From Prasinococcaceae sp. CCMP 1430 (Eukaryota; Plantae; Prasinodermophyta): a DNA stretch of 64,000 nucleotides. Under the pieces are notes generated by a model. That model did not search any database. It saw only the letters and a list, made by a program, of their open reading frames with translations, and was not told the DNA's origin. The position numbers and the translations under genes are program-made. The first letter of the stretch is position 1, and every line of letters begins with the position of its first letter. The stretch is from contig RQSC01000523.1 of NCBI GenBank assembly GCA_013416795.1, positions 280,457 through 344,456 of the forward strand, in the 5' to 3' direction. This document shows, piece after piece, positions 34,602 through 46,813 of this stretch.

Positions 34602-35644
34602 TCGACATTGAGTGTAGCAAGCAGCCGCTGAAGTTTCCGAAGCTGTGGCGCCCTCCCGGCACGACGCCGAAATTTCGCGCCCCGCCGATTTCCGCCCCGC
34701 GCGACGCCGCGATTCGCCATGCCGCGCCACCCGCCGCGCACCGCATTTCGCCGCGCCGCGATTCCGGCGGATCGGCGGGGTGCGTTTTCTTATCCGCGAA
34801 TCCGCGACGGGGCGCGGGATTTTTTTCGCCGGGCGCTTGAGCGGGTTCGAAAGGGTACAAACCGCGCAATGCTCGCTCCAAACGAATGCACTCCGTTGCA
34901 ATTGCCGTGGGGTGCGAGCGCCCTGAGGAGGGCGCTCCGCCGCCCCGCGAATTCGCGGAGTTCGTGCCGGGGACGCGCGGACGGGCGCGCGCTCGGCGCG
35001 ATCGGGCTGGGACGGCTTTTTTTTTTTTTTTTGCGGGGCGGCGCGCCGGGCGCGGCGCCTCGCGCGGGGCGACGCCACATCTCGAGAAGTAATAAAAATT
35101 CCACTGTATTGTATAGCAAAAATACTAACGGGCGAGTAGTTGGCGCTTGGCGAGTGACTGTGTTTTTGATTTGGAGCCCGTAGGGCTCCAAACACAGGTT
35201 GGAGCCCGGAGGGCTAACCCTTTTTTTTCACCTATTTCCCGCAGTGGGCGCCGGGGGCGCTCGGACGGCGCCGGCAGCGACGCGCGCGGCGGCGGCGCNN
35301 NNNNNNNNNNNNNNNNNNNNNNNNNNNNNNNNNNNNNNNNNNNNNNNNNNNNNNNNNNNNNNNNNNNNNNNNNNNNNNNNNNNNNNNNNNNNNNNNNNNN
35401 NNNNNNNNNNNNNNNNNNNNNNNNNNNNNNNNNNNNNNNNNNNNNNNNNNNNNNNNNNNNNNNNNNNNNNNNNNNNNNNNNNNNNNNNNNNNNNNNNNNN
35501 NNNNNNNNNNNNNNNNNNNNNNNNNNNNNNNNNNNNNNNNNNNNNNNNNNNNNNNNNNNNNNNNNNNNNNNNNNNNNNNNNNNNNNNNNNNNNNNNNNNN
35601 NNNNNNNCGCGCGCCGCCGGGCGGCGGCGGGGCGCGGCCGGGCC

Positions 35645-36253
35645 ATGGCGGCGGCAGGGACGCCCTCGCCGTCGCCGGAGAGCGTGCTCGCGGCGCTCAA
35701 GACGGGCGGGGCCTTCGACCGCCTCAAGAAGAAGCTCGTCGCGGCCGTGATCGAGCGGCGCGATGAGCCAGGAGGCCTCGACGACACCACCAAGGCTGCC
35801 GTGACAGACGCAATACGGGAGGCCGGGGATCACGACCTGCCGCTGGACATGGGCGCCGCGGCGCTCGCGGCGAAGATATCGGCAGACATAGAGGAGTCTG
35901 TCCTCACGAGGGTGGCTGTCGAGGCCTGGGATGCGCTCGCAGGGGAGGTGCGCGCGCGCACGCGCGCGCGCGCCGCGTGCTCGACGTGCGCGCTCGCGGC
36001 AGCCGCGCTCGCGTTGTGGCCCCTCCCCGTTCCCCCATCCCGCACGCCAAGTGTGCCCTGACTTTGTCGCGCCCCGCCGCGCGCCCGCGCCTGCCTCGCG
36101 CGCGTCTCGCACGCGCAGGAGCTCTCCAAGCTCGTGAGCGACGAGGTGGCCAAGCAGCACGACGCCCTAGGAAAGGCGCCCGCCGCCGACGGAACGGGCG
36201 AGGCTGCCGCCGGCGACGGCCCGCGGGCAGCGAAGCAGCAGCGGCGGCAGTGA
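35645..36253 (+). CDS. BOD1/Shg1 (COMPASS)-like domain protein; exons 35645-35947, 36119-36253
   Basis: PESVLAALKTGGAFDRLKKKL motif; phase-0 intron. Confidence 0.6.
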
Positions 36254-36352
36254 CCGCGAGGCGCGCGCGCCTGCATCTCGCGCGAGTAATAACCAACCCC
36301 TCACGTTTACAAAATGCGCCGCTCGCGCTCGCCCGCAGCGCCCGCGCGGCGC

Positions 36353-38061
36353 TTAGCGGCCGGGGAGGCCGCCCCACGAGCCGGCCTTCTTGTTGGCCTT
36401 GGCGGCCTCCGCGGCCGCCGCCTCCTCGGCGGCCTTCGCCTCCTCCTCCCTCTTGGCCGCCGCGGGATCGAACACCTTGCGGTAGACCGACATGACCTTC
36501 TCCCCCCCGTCGATGTTGTCGAGCGGGTCCTTGCGCATGCGGTGGGCGAGCGAGATGCCGATCACGCGCTCGATGTCCGCGGTGGTCACCTTGTCGCGCC
36601 CCTCGTAGGCCACCAGCGCGCGCGCCGCGCGGTTGACCACCATGTCGCCGCGCAGGCCGTCCACGTCGAGCGTCGAGCAGACCTCGCTCACCTGCACCTT
36701 CAGGGCGCGGTCCATGGTCACCTTGGGCAGGCGCTCGCGGGCCGCGGTGATCTTGTCCGTCTGCTGCTGCACCTCGTCCTCGTACTGGGCGACGAAGCCA
36801 TCGGCGTCCTTCTCGAAGGCGAGCCTGTCGAGCACCAGCTGCACGCGGCTCGCCTCGTCGAACATGGTGCGCACGGTCACGGCGAGGCCGAAGCGGTCGA
36901 GCAGCTGCGGGCGCAGCTCGCCCTCCTCGGGGTTGCCGCTGCCGATCATGATGAAGCGCGCCGGGTGGATCACCGAGATGCCCTCGCGCTCCACCGTGTT
37001 CCAGCCCGAGGCGGCCGAGTCGAGCACCACGTCCACGAGCGAGTCCTCCAGGAGGTTCACCTCGTCCACGTACAGGATGCCGCGGTTGGCCTTGGCCAGC
37101 AGGCCGGGCTCGTACGCCTTGGCGCCGTCCATGAGCGCCTTCTCCATGTTGATGGTGCCACAGATGCGGTCCTCGGTCGCGCCGAGCGGCAGCTCAATCA
37201 TGGGCGTCGGCACCGAGGTCGTGCCGGGAGTGTTGCCCGCGAGAATGGCCTACAGTGCCACGCGGGGCGCGGAGGCGGACGGGCGCGGTCGGGTGGAGGG
37301 CGTGCGCGTCGGACAGCGGGGGCGCTCCCGGTGTCAGCGCCTGAGGCGAGGGAGCGCGTCACGCCACCCGTGCGGGCGAGCACCCGCGTGCAAGCGTGCG
37401 AAGGCGTGGAGCGGGACCGGCGCTGCGTCCGGAGCGCGCGCGCCGCGCTGCCGCCCAGGCGAGCGCAGTGCACGCTGGCGCGAGCGCAAGTGGCGCCGGC
37501 GCGCTGCGCGGCGCTGATGCGGGCACGGTTGGCGCAACACTGGCGCGCCGAGAGGCATCGCGCGCTCACTCGCTCGCTCGCCGCCGGGCGCGGCGTCCCC
37601 CCCCCCCCTCCCTCTCTCCCCCTCTCCCTCGCTCGCCCGCGCCGTCTCGCGCGCTCCCGACGCACCTCCTTGACCTCGGTGCTCATGAGCTCGCCGTCCG
37701 TGACGCTCGAGTTGAAGTCGTCGCCCACGGCGACGTCGATGGGCGGCAGCATCTCCGCGAGCGCGCGCACAGCGGTCGACTTGCCCGTGCCGCGGTCGCC
37801 CATGATGAGCACGCCGCCGATGCGCGGGTCCACCACGTTGAGCAGCAGCGCCAGCTTCATCTCCTCCTGCCCCGTGATGCGCGGGAACGGGAACGTCGGC
37901 AGCTTCTCGACCGCGGCGGGCGCCGCCGTCGCCGCCGCCGCGCGCGGCGCACGCCGCGCGGCCGCCCGCGACCGCCATCTCCCCCGGTCGCGCCGAGCGG
38001 TGCCTCCGCGCCCAACGAAACGCCCTCCCGCCACGCGTGCGCGCGCTGTGGCGCGCCACAT
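36353..38061 (-). CDS. CHLI: Mg-chelatase subunit I, nuclear-encoded; exons 38061-37666, 37249-36353
   Basis: Transit peptide; [40 protein letters not shown]; [13 protein letters not shown]; [17 protein letters not shown]. Confidence 0.95.
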
Positions 38062-38764
38062 CCGCCCACGCATCCACTCAACGCCCCCCTCCCCCCACCC
38101 ACCCACCAACACACACGCACTCCCCCACCTGCCCCACACCCCACCTGCCCCGCCCGCTGGCCCCCGCGCGCACCGCATCGTGGATAATGCAGCGCGCGCG
38201 GCACAGGCGCGGCCCGCCGCGAAACCCGAACCGCGCGCCCCGATCCGCAAGGCAAATGCCATCCAAACCCCGCGAACAACAAACCCTATATACGTACCCC
38301 AATGGCGCGCGCCCGCGCGGGCGGGGCGCGCCGCCCCTCCGCGGCCTTTTCCCGGAACGCGATTTCGGCGCGGGCGCGCTCGGGTGGGCGCCATTACGGT
38401 AAATGTATAGGGTCTGTACATGGCTGGAAGTCAATTCCATTCGACGAGCATACTTGGGCGTGTCGTTCGGGTTTCGTCGTTCCGACGCGGGATCTCCGAC
38501 GATCTCGCGCGGGCGCGTGGCGAGAATCCGCGACGCCCCCGCGCGCAGATCTTCCCGGCGGCGCGGGCGCCCGATATGACCGCCGCCGGGGGGAGGGTCT
38601 CGGGGTAGGCGCGCGTGCACCAGGCTTCAATTAAGAAGTTTGATGGCTTCGTTTTTTTTTATTTTTTTTATTTTGATTTTGGGTTTTGATTTTGATTGGA
38701 ATTTTTGAATAGGTTTTGATGGCTTCTTAGTACTAAGCAGGATCAATGCTCATGTGAAAAACGA

Positions 38765-38973
38765 TGGGGTTTTCCCTGGTTGGTCATGGTTTCTTGCACG
38801 AACATCCCGGTACGGGCATCCTTCCCTTCCTTCCCACCGGGTCATCCGTCGGGTGACCCCCCACTCTGGGATAAATCACAGCGAAGGATGACCGTTCTGG
38901 GATTGCGGGCCAAAGAAGGACGACCGCACTGGGACTTCGGGCGAACCAGGATGACCATCCCGGGGAAACCCCA
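38765..38973. other. ~209-nt imperfect fold-back (single long rod-like hairpin), candidate ncRNA or miRNA precursor
   Basis: Nested complementary blocks traced by hand from GGGGTTTTCCC/GGGGAAACCCC inwards to CCCA-ctc-TGGG. Confidence 0.7.
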
Positions 38974-39428
38974 AAAGGGATTGCACTCGGAATTGTTTGG
39001 GAGAAATTGCGGGTGAAAATGCGGCGCCGCGGATGCGAATTGATATGAGGTCCAGCCACCAAAAAAACGCTTTCCTTTTTGGGTGCGTGTCTCGCGGGTG
39101 TGTGTGCTGTGTGTGTGTGCGACTGTGTGTGTGCTGTTGTGTGTGCGTGGTCTCAGACTCAGATGGATTCCATTGAATCCTCAGATTTGTGACTTTAAAA
39201 GTGCGAATCCTTTCTCGATCAATCTCATTTATGAAATGCGTGGGTTCCATCCGCGGGAGGCTCGCCGCTGCCTCCTCATGCGGTGATATGGCAACGGACT
39301 ACGTTTTTCTTTTCTTTTCTTTTCTTTGGTTTTCCGAGCGTTTTTATTTTTTTTCGGCGGCGGCGGCGCGGCGGCGAGCGAGCACGCACGCACGCGCGGG
39401 CGCGGGCGCACCACACGACGCGCCCGGN

Positions 39429-39837
39429 TCAGAGTCCGGCCAGCTGTCCTTGGTCAGCGGGTTGGGGTCGTCGCCATCCGGGACGTAGTCCCCATCCGTG
39501 TCAGCATCGTACGGGTCGCTGCCCAGTCGCATCTCCGCGGCATTGCTCAGACCATCGCCGTCGGTGTCCTGCGAGTTGTACTGCGCCCAGCAGCACTCGA
39601 TCTTTACCTCATCCGACTCGCTGCCGTCGCAGTCGTTGTGGAAGAAGGCGTGCGCGCCTGCGCCGCGCGCCGCGTCGTAGCACTGCCACTCGCCGCCGGT
39701 GACGAACCACCAGCCCGTCCAGCGGTTCCACTGGCCGTAGGCGCAGCCCGAGTCTGCGAGGCATGCCACATAGCGCCATCTCCAGCCGTAACCCCACCAA
39801 TCCCACCAGTACGTGGGCTGGCCACGCGTGTGGGCAG
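39429..39837 (-). CDS. Exon of a Trp/Cys-rich protein with bacterial-type TSP3 Ca-binding repeats (fragment)
   Basis: DTDGDGLSNAAEMRLGSDPYDADTDGDYVPDGDDPNPL; bounded by a CAG acceptor and a single N. Confidence 0.6.
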
Positions 39838-40049
39838 GCGCTGCCCTCTCGTGGCGTGCACGCGGCACTAGGAGGTGGCGCGCTGCGGGCAGGGCCGCAT
39901 GCGCGTCGGAGATTCGGGGGTGTTGAGAGGTGGGGGGGAAGGGATCCGTCTCGTCGCTGGGCGATGCGGCAGCCGGATCCGGCGCGCCGGCGTCCTGTCC
40001 TGTTGCTCGAGTACTGACGCTATGTGCTGCTTGTTCTCTCTCTGTGCAG

Positions 40050-40320
40050 GTCGATGGCCCACCAGATCAACCACACCGTGCTTGTCCAGCTCGATGGTGT
40101 GACCGCCAAGGAGGAGACCGGCTTCTACCTGGGCAAGAAGCTGGCGTACATCTACAAGGCGAAGACTATTAAGAAGGGCACCAAGTACCGCTGCATCTGG
40201 GGCAAGGTGACGCGCGCACACGGCTCCGGCGGCACGGTGCGCGCCAAGTTCCAGAAGAACCTGCCGCCCAAGGCGCTCGGCGGCAAGGTGAGGTGCATGC
40301 TGTACCCGTCGCACATCTAA
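40050..40320 (+). CDS. RPL35A: 60S ribosomal protein L35a (eL33), last exon; first exon missing
   Basis: [14 protein letters not shown]...[31 protein letters not shown]...MLYPSHI*. Confidence 0.93.
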
Positions 40321-40542
40321 GCGGCGCGCGCATCCGACGCGACCGCTTGGGTGCTCTCGGCGAGCGCGCGCGCGACTAGCGCGGCGGACGGCGACGGCAT
40401 CAGTAAATACGCAGCTTGTGGGTAAGGGCGAACGGGCGCGGCGATTGGGGGCGGCGGCGCTCCCTGCCGCTCAGAGAGGGATCGCCGCACCGGCGCCGAC
40501 CTGCTGCGCGACGTGCCGGGATCTTATTAATTAAGTGCGTTA

Positions 40543-41634
<1,092 letters not shown>

Positions 41635-42188
41635 CGCAATCGCCCCGACCCCCCCCCAACACACCTCCCGCGGCCCTCCCCACAGAGCCGAGCCGCGGGC
41701 GGGCGCCGCCGCCCGCGCGCGCTCTGACGCAGCGCGGCAGCGCGCGCGAACGAACAGCCGCGTGCTTAGGGTTTTCTTGGCAACATTAAGGTTAGCTTAC
41801 GTAGTTCCGGTCGTGTGCGGGTTTGGTTTACATTCGCTGTGCCGTTTGACGGTGCCGTCCTGGTCTTTTTGCGCGGTCCCTGAGGTTTTCCGAGTTCGGG
41901 AAAAATAGGGTTTGAAAAATTGTCGGGCCGCCACACTGCGCGCGGCGGCCGCGCGCGGTGCGTGGGCGCCCGCGCGTGCGCGTGTGCGACGGGGCTCAAG
42001 CCCTGCACCTCGCCCCCACCCGCGCGCACACGCACGCCTTTCTCTCTCTCCCTCTCTCTCTTCCCCTTCCCTCCATTCCCCGAGGCGCCCGTTGGGCGGC
42101 GTCCGCGGCGCGCGCCGCGCGGCGGGCTGCGGGGGTGGGGTGAGAGATGGGCCGCGACTGCTGTCCGCCGAGGGCGGGCGCGGCGGGN

Positions 42189-42779
42189 TGCTGTGCTCGA
42201 CGCAGCGCCTCGTGGAGGAGTACCTTCAGCACCGCAGTGGCCGACGTGCGTGACGTCGAGCTGCTCGCACGCCTCGCGCGCCGCGCAGCCGGCGGCGGCG
42301 TCCTCGTCGCGCACTTTCCTGCCACGGGTGTTGCCGCGAGCGAGGAGATCGATGAGGAGCTCGCGGCGATCGCCGCCGCAGCCTCCGTCGACGAGGCGGC
42401 CGCCGGCGCGGCCTTCGTGCGCATCCCCGAAGAGCGCGGCGCCGCACGCGGCTCTGACGCGCCCTTCCTGCAGGCGCTGGGCGTGCTTCCAAGCATGGTA
42501 CGGCCCTCGCTGGTCGCGCTGGTCGACGGCGTCGCCGCGGCCGCCGCGGGCTACGCCCCGCTCGGCGGCGTCGCCGAGGTCGAGCCGTCGCGCCTGCGGC
42601 CGTGGCTCTCAAGGGTGGGCGCGCTGCCCAGCGGTTCGGGCGACAGCGACAGCGAGGGAAGCGCGAGCGGCGACGCCAGCGGCGAGTGCGAGGCATGCGC
42701 CATCTGTGGACGCACGTACAAGCACGAGCACGTGCGCAGCCTGCGCGCTTCCGGCCTGGCCGACGAGTACGAGGGCTGA
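42189..42779 (+). CDS. Phosducin/thioredoxin-like fold protein with C-terminal CxxC-HxH motif, 5'-partial
   Basis: VLVAHF...EIDEELAAIA...FVRI...PSLVALVDG...WLSRVGAL pattern; CAICGRTYKHEH. Confidence 0.45.
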   Translation, partial: CCARRSASWRSTFSTAVADVRDVELLARLARRAAGGGVLVAHFPATGVAASEEIDEELAAIAAAASVDEAAAGAAFVRIPEERGAARGSDAPFLQALGVLPSMVRPSLVALVDGVAAAAAGYAPLGGVAEVEPSRLRPWLSRVGALPSGSGDSDSEGSASGDASGECEACAICGRTYKHEHVRSLRASGLADEYEG

Positions 42780-43065
42780 GGGGGTTGAGGCTGCGAGGGT
42801 GGGGCCCCGCCGCCCTTGTCTTGTTGTATACTACTGTTGGATTACCACTCAGCACCCACCGCGCCGAGCGCATGCAGAGCGACATGGCGAACCCCTCGAG
42901 CCCCGCAACCGCGCGCCAACGCACCTGCGGCGACGCATTGCCGCACACAGCCACACCCACCAAGGTTGCGAGACTCAAAACGATTTACGGGTCCCCGCCC
43001 GCCAATGGGCCGGTAGGGACCTGCAGCTGCAAGGCGCCCTCGCTCGCGCCCCTGCGGCGTTGGTC

Positions 43066-44215
43066 CTATTGATTGGCGAAGGCAATGCCCTTGTCGATGG
43101 AGCCCTTGAGCACATCGACGCACTCCTTGAGACCCTCGGCCTCGTACTCACTGATCTCGCCGATGGGCAGCACCTCCTCCGCGCCGCTGGGCCCGAGCTT
43201 CACCTTGGTGGAGAAGAAGGCCAGCTCGGTCACGTCGGAGGCAACGTACGAGCACTCGTACACGCGCTCGCCACTCAGGCCCTTGAGGCAGGCCTCGCCG
43301 AAGCGCGCGGCCGCGTAGGCCATCGACAGCGTCGCCGAGCCCGCGCCGGCCTTGGCCTCTACCACCTCGGTGCCGGCGTTCTGGATACGTACGGTGAGCG
43401 CCTCGATCTGCTCATGCGAGAAGTCGACGGCCGGCGTGGTCTGCGAGAGCAGCGGCAGGATGGTGGTGCCCGCGTGGCCGCCGATGACCGGCACGTCGAC
43501 CTTGGCGACGTCGATGCCCGCAGCGTCGGCGACGAACTTGTCGGCGCGCACGATGTCGAGCGTGGTCACGCCGAAGAGCTTCTTCGGATCGAACACGCCC
43601 TTGGCCTTGAGCACCTCCGCGGCGATGGGCACAGTGGCGTTCACCGGGTTGGAGATGATGTTGATGAGCGCCTCCGGGCAGTGCTCGGCGATCCCCTCGA
43701 CCAGGCTCTTGACAATGCCCGCGTTGATGTTGAAGAGGTCGTCGCGCGTCATGCCCGGCTTGCGCGGCACGCCCGCGGGGATGATGACGAGGTCGCAGCC
43801 CGTGAGGCAGTCGCCGAGCTCCTCCGCGCCGACGTAGCCCTTGACCTGCAGGCGCCCGGGGGCAATGCGGTGAGCAAGGTGCGCATGGCGTCAGCGCGAT
43901 CGCGCGGGCGATCGCAGCGGGCGCGCATCAGATCGGGGGAGGAGGGCGGGTGGGGACGAGGGGAAGGGGAAGGGGAAGCGAAGTACACTTTTTGGGTGTG
44001 TGTGGGGGGGAGGGACCCACCTTGAGGCCAGCGTTGATGTGGCTGAGATCCGCGGCGACACCGGGCGTGTTGGCGATGTCATAGATGGCGAGCTCGTCCA
44101 CATACGCGTTCATCGCCATGAGCAGCGACAGCGGCTGGCCGATGCCGCCCGCCGCGCCGAGCACCGCCACCTTGTAGCCGCACGTCGCCGCCGCGCGCCG
44201 CGTCGCGCAGCGCGG
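43066..44215 (-). CDS. MDH: NAD-malate dehydrogenase, mitochondrial type; intron 44020-43846; 5' end in gap
   Basis: [63 protein letters not shown]. Confidence 0.95.
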
Positions 44216-44657
44216 NNNNNNNNNNNNNNNNNNNNNNNNNNNNNNNNNNNNNNNNNNNNNNNNNNNNNNNNNNNNNNNNNNNNNNNNNNNNNNNNNNNNN
44301 NNNNNNNNNNNNNNNNNNNNNNNNNNNNNNNNNNNNNNNNNNNNNNNNNNNNNNNNNNNNNNNNNNNNNNNNNNNNNNNNNNNNNNNNNNNNNNNNNNNN
44401 NNNNNNNNNNNNNNNNNNNNNNNNNNNNNNNNNNNNNNNNNNNNNNNNNNNNNNNNNNNNNNNNNNNNNNNNNNNNNNNNNNNNNNNNNNNNNNNNNNNN
44501 NNNNNNNNNNNNNNNNNNNNNNNNNNNNNNNNNNNNNNNNNNNNNNNNNNNNNNNNNNNNNNNNNNNNNNNNNNNNNNNNNNNNNNNNNNNNNNNNNNNN
44601 NNNNNNNNNNNNNNNNNNNNNNNNNNNNNNNNNNNNNNNNNNNNNNNNNNNNNNNNN

Positions 44658-45385
44658 CGGTGCGCCAGGCGGGCGGGAGCGGGCAGCCCTGGGAGAGCGC
44701 CGCCGTGTCGCGCCTCGCCGAGCGCGCGTGCGCGCCACGCGACGGGAGGTGCGGCTCGGAGCCTCCAGCGGCGCCGCTCATCGTCGAGGGCCCCGTGGGG
44801 ACAGTCCTCGCTGCCGTAGGCGAGCAGGAAGACCACGATGTGGCCACCCGCGCTCTGAGCCGGCGGCAAGAGGCGCAGCTGCAAGAGAAGCTCGCGCGAG
44901 CGCGGACGCTCGTGCCGGGTGCCGAGGGAGACGCACCACGGCCGCGAGGTGCGGGCCGCGTGCGCGCCGCGCCGCACCTCGACCATGCCGAGACCAGGGG
45001 CTTGGGGCGGCCGCGAGCGCATAGAAGCGCGGCCAGCGGCGAGGACTCAGCAGGCATCATGCAGGCGCGCAGCGGGGAGCTGGCCTTCGGTGCTGTCTAT
45101 GAGTACCGTGACTCGGCGGGCGTGCCGATGGTCTGCGGCTCGACCGCAAGGCGACCCGAGGAGCAGTTTTCGCGCGACTTCGACGCGCACGGTGCGGCCG
45201 CGAGCGCGGCGGGCGTGCGCGCGCGCTCCGTGCGCGCCGAGGTCGTCTGGGCGGGCGTGGGCCGCGGCACGGTCGGCCAGCCCGACATGGACGCTATGCG
45301 CGAGGCCGTCGCTGCCGAGCGCGCCGCGCGCCTGCGCGTCGGCAAGCTCTCCGGGCCCAAGCCGTACAGCCGGCACGGCTGGTGA
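44658..45385 (+). CDS. Hypothetical protein, 5' end in gap
   Basis: Open frame with plausible composition, stop at 45383-45385 before an AT-rich tail. Confidence 0.45.
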
Positions 45386-45948
45386 GAGAGGGCCCGCTCT
45401 TCTGAGCTCAATTATTTCTAGCTAGTCTAGTCTAGTCTAGTCAGAACCTTCGAGAACGGGGCCGCGGCTGCCGGAGGCGTCACCGTGTCACAGAAGGCCA
45501 AGCAGCTCGCAATGTCCAGGCAAGGTGTCGCTCTGGCGATGACAGTAGGCGCCTGACGGTACCTTCTGTGCGGTGGCATCCGCGCGCGCCAATGGCCTCT
45601 AATTGACACGCACGAAGAAGGTCCACGCCTTGCCACAAGTCTCACCGGCCCGCCCGCTGGGCCCTCGCGAGGCTCGGCATCCAGAACGCAGCGAGGTAGC
45701 CTCGCGGGCGGGCCCGAGCGCGGGCGCTGCCGTCGCGCAGCCCGCCGCGCGCGAGGGGTCTCCCGAATGTTTGTGTTTCCGCAAGAGGGCACGCGGCCTG
45801 TATTCATTACTCCAGGATCGTGGAGGGCCGCGCGCCCGCAGCAGAGCCCCCAGCAGCAGAGAAGAGCGGGCGCGGGGCGTTTTTGCGATCGTTGGCCTAG
45901 GCCACGCGTCGCACGTGCGCCCCGCGTCCCCCGCGGGCGGAGAGGCGC

Positions 45949-46813
45949 TTACGCGCCGCCGCCGATCTTGAGCTTCTCCAGGCCGCGCTTCTTGATCACG
46001 CGGTTCTTGCGCTCCTTGCGCTGCTTGCGCGAGGACTCCTTCTTCACGACGAGGCCGGCGCGCACGAGGCGGTGCTTGGGCTCGAACTTCTTCATCGCGT
46101 CCACCGAGTCGTAGATGAGGCCGAAACCCGTCGAGCGGCCGCCGCCGAACTGCGTGCGGAAGCCGAAGAGCACCACGCACGTCTGGTCCTTCACCGAGTA
46201 CGCCGAGCAGAGCTTCTCCTGCAGCTCCTGTTGAAGCGCGCGGCGACAAGTAGGTGTGCGTGTGTGTGCAGGGGGAATAGAGGGAGGGGGCGGCGGTCGA
46301 GGGGGCGCGGGGTCAGCCAACGCCGCAGGAATTTTTTTGGCGCGCGTGCGCGCGTTTGTGTGTCGGCCCGCGCCGCGGCGATCGATCACCGCGGTCGCAG
46401 CGTCCGTGGGTTCATTTTCCACACGGGCGGCCACAGCACCGCCGCGGCGGCCACGCAGCATCGCTCCAGGGCGCGACAGGCGGCTCGCGACCGCGCCGGC
46501 TGCGGGCTGCCGGGAGGCCCTCCTCGCGCACTCGTGCGGTGTGTGTGTTGTGTGTGTGTACGTGCATATGGCGGTTGTGGAAGGGTGGCGGCTGCGGCGG
46601 TAGCCGTGGACGGCTCGCTCGCAGCGGCTGCGGCCGCGCAGCCTCCTTGCGCGCCGCGGCGCAGCGCGGGGCGGCGGCGCGCGCGCGCGGACGCACCGAC
46701 TTGGGCACGTTCGCGCGGCCCGGGTGGAGCACATCGCAGACGAACTGCTTGCGCGCCAGCAGGCGGTTGGTCATGAACTTGCGGGTGCGGATGGTGCACG
46801 TCTTGTCCGACAT
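45949..46813 (-). CDS. RPS24: 40S ribosomal protein S24 (eS24); exons 46813-46697, 46227-45949
   Basis: [29 protein letters not shown]; [20 protein letters not shown]. Confidence 0.96.

Noticed and set aside
38765-38973. Assigning the hairpin as SRP RNA, telomerase RNA, RNase P/MRP or U3
   Set aside because: I found no helix-8 AGCAG/GNRA motif, no CTAAACCCT template, no P4 consensus and no C/D boxes on either strand.
45489-45570. Stem-loop closed by CACAGAAGG/CCTTCTGTG and a possible 3-nt RPS24 microexon (cag|AAG|gt)
   Set aside because: The stem is short and the site lies beyond the probable RPS24 3' end, so chance occurrence is likely.
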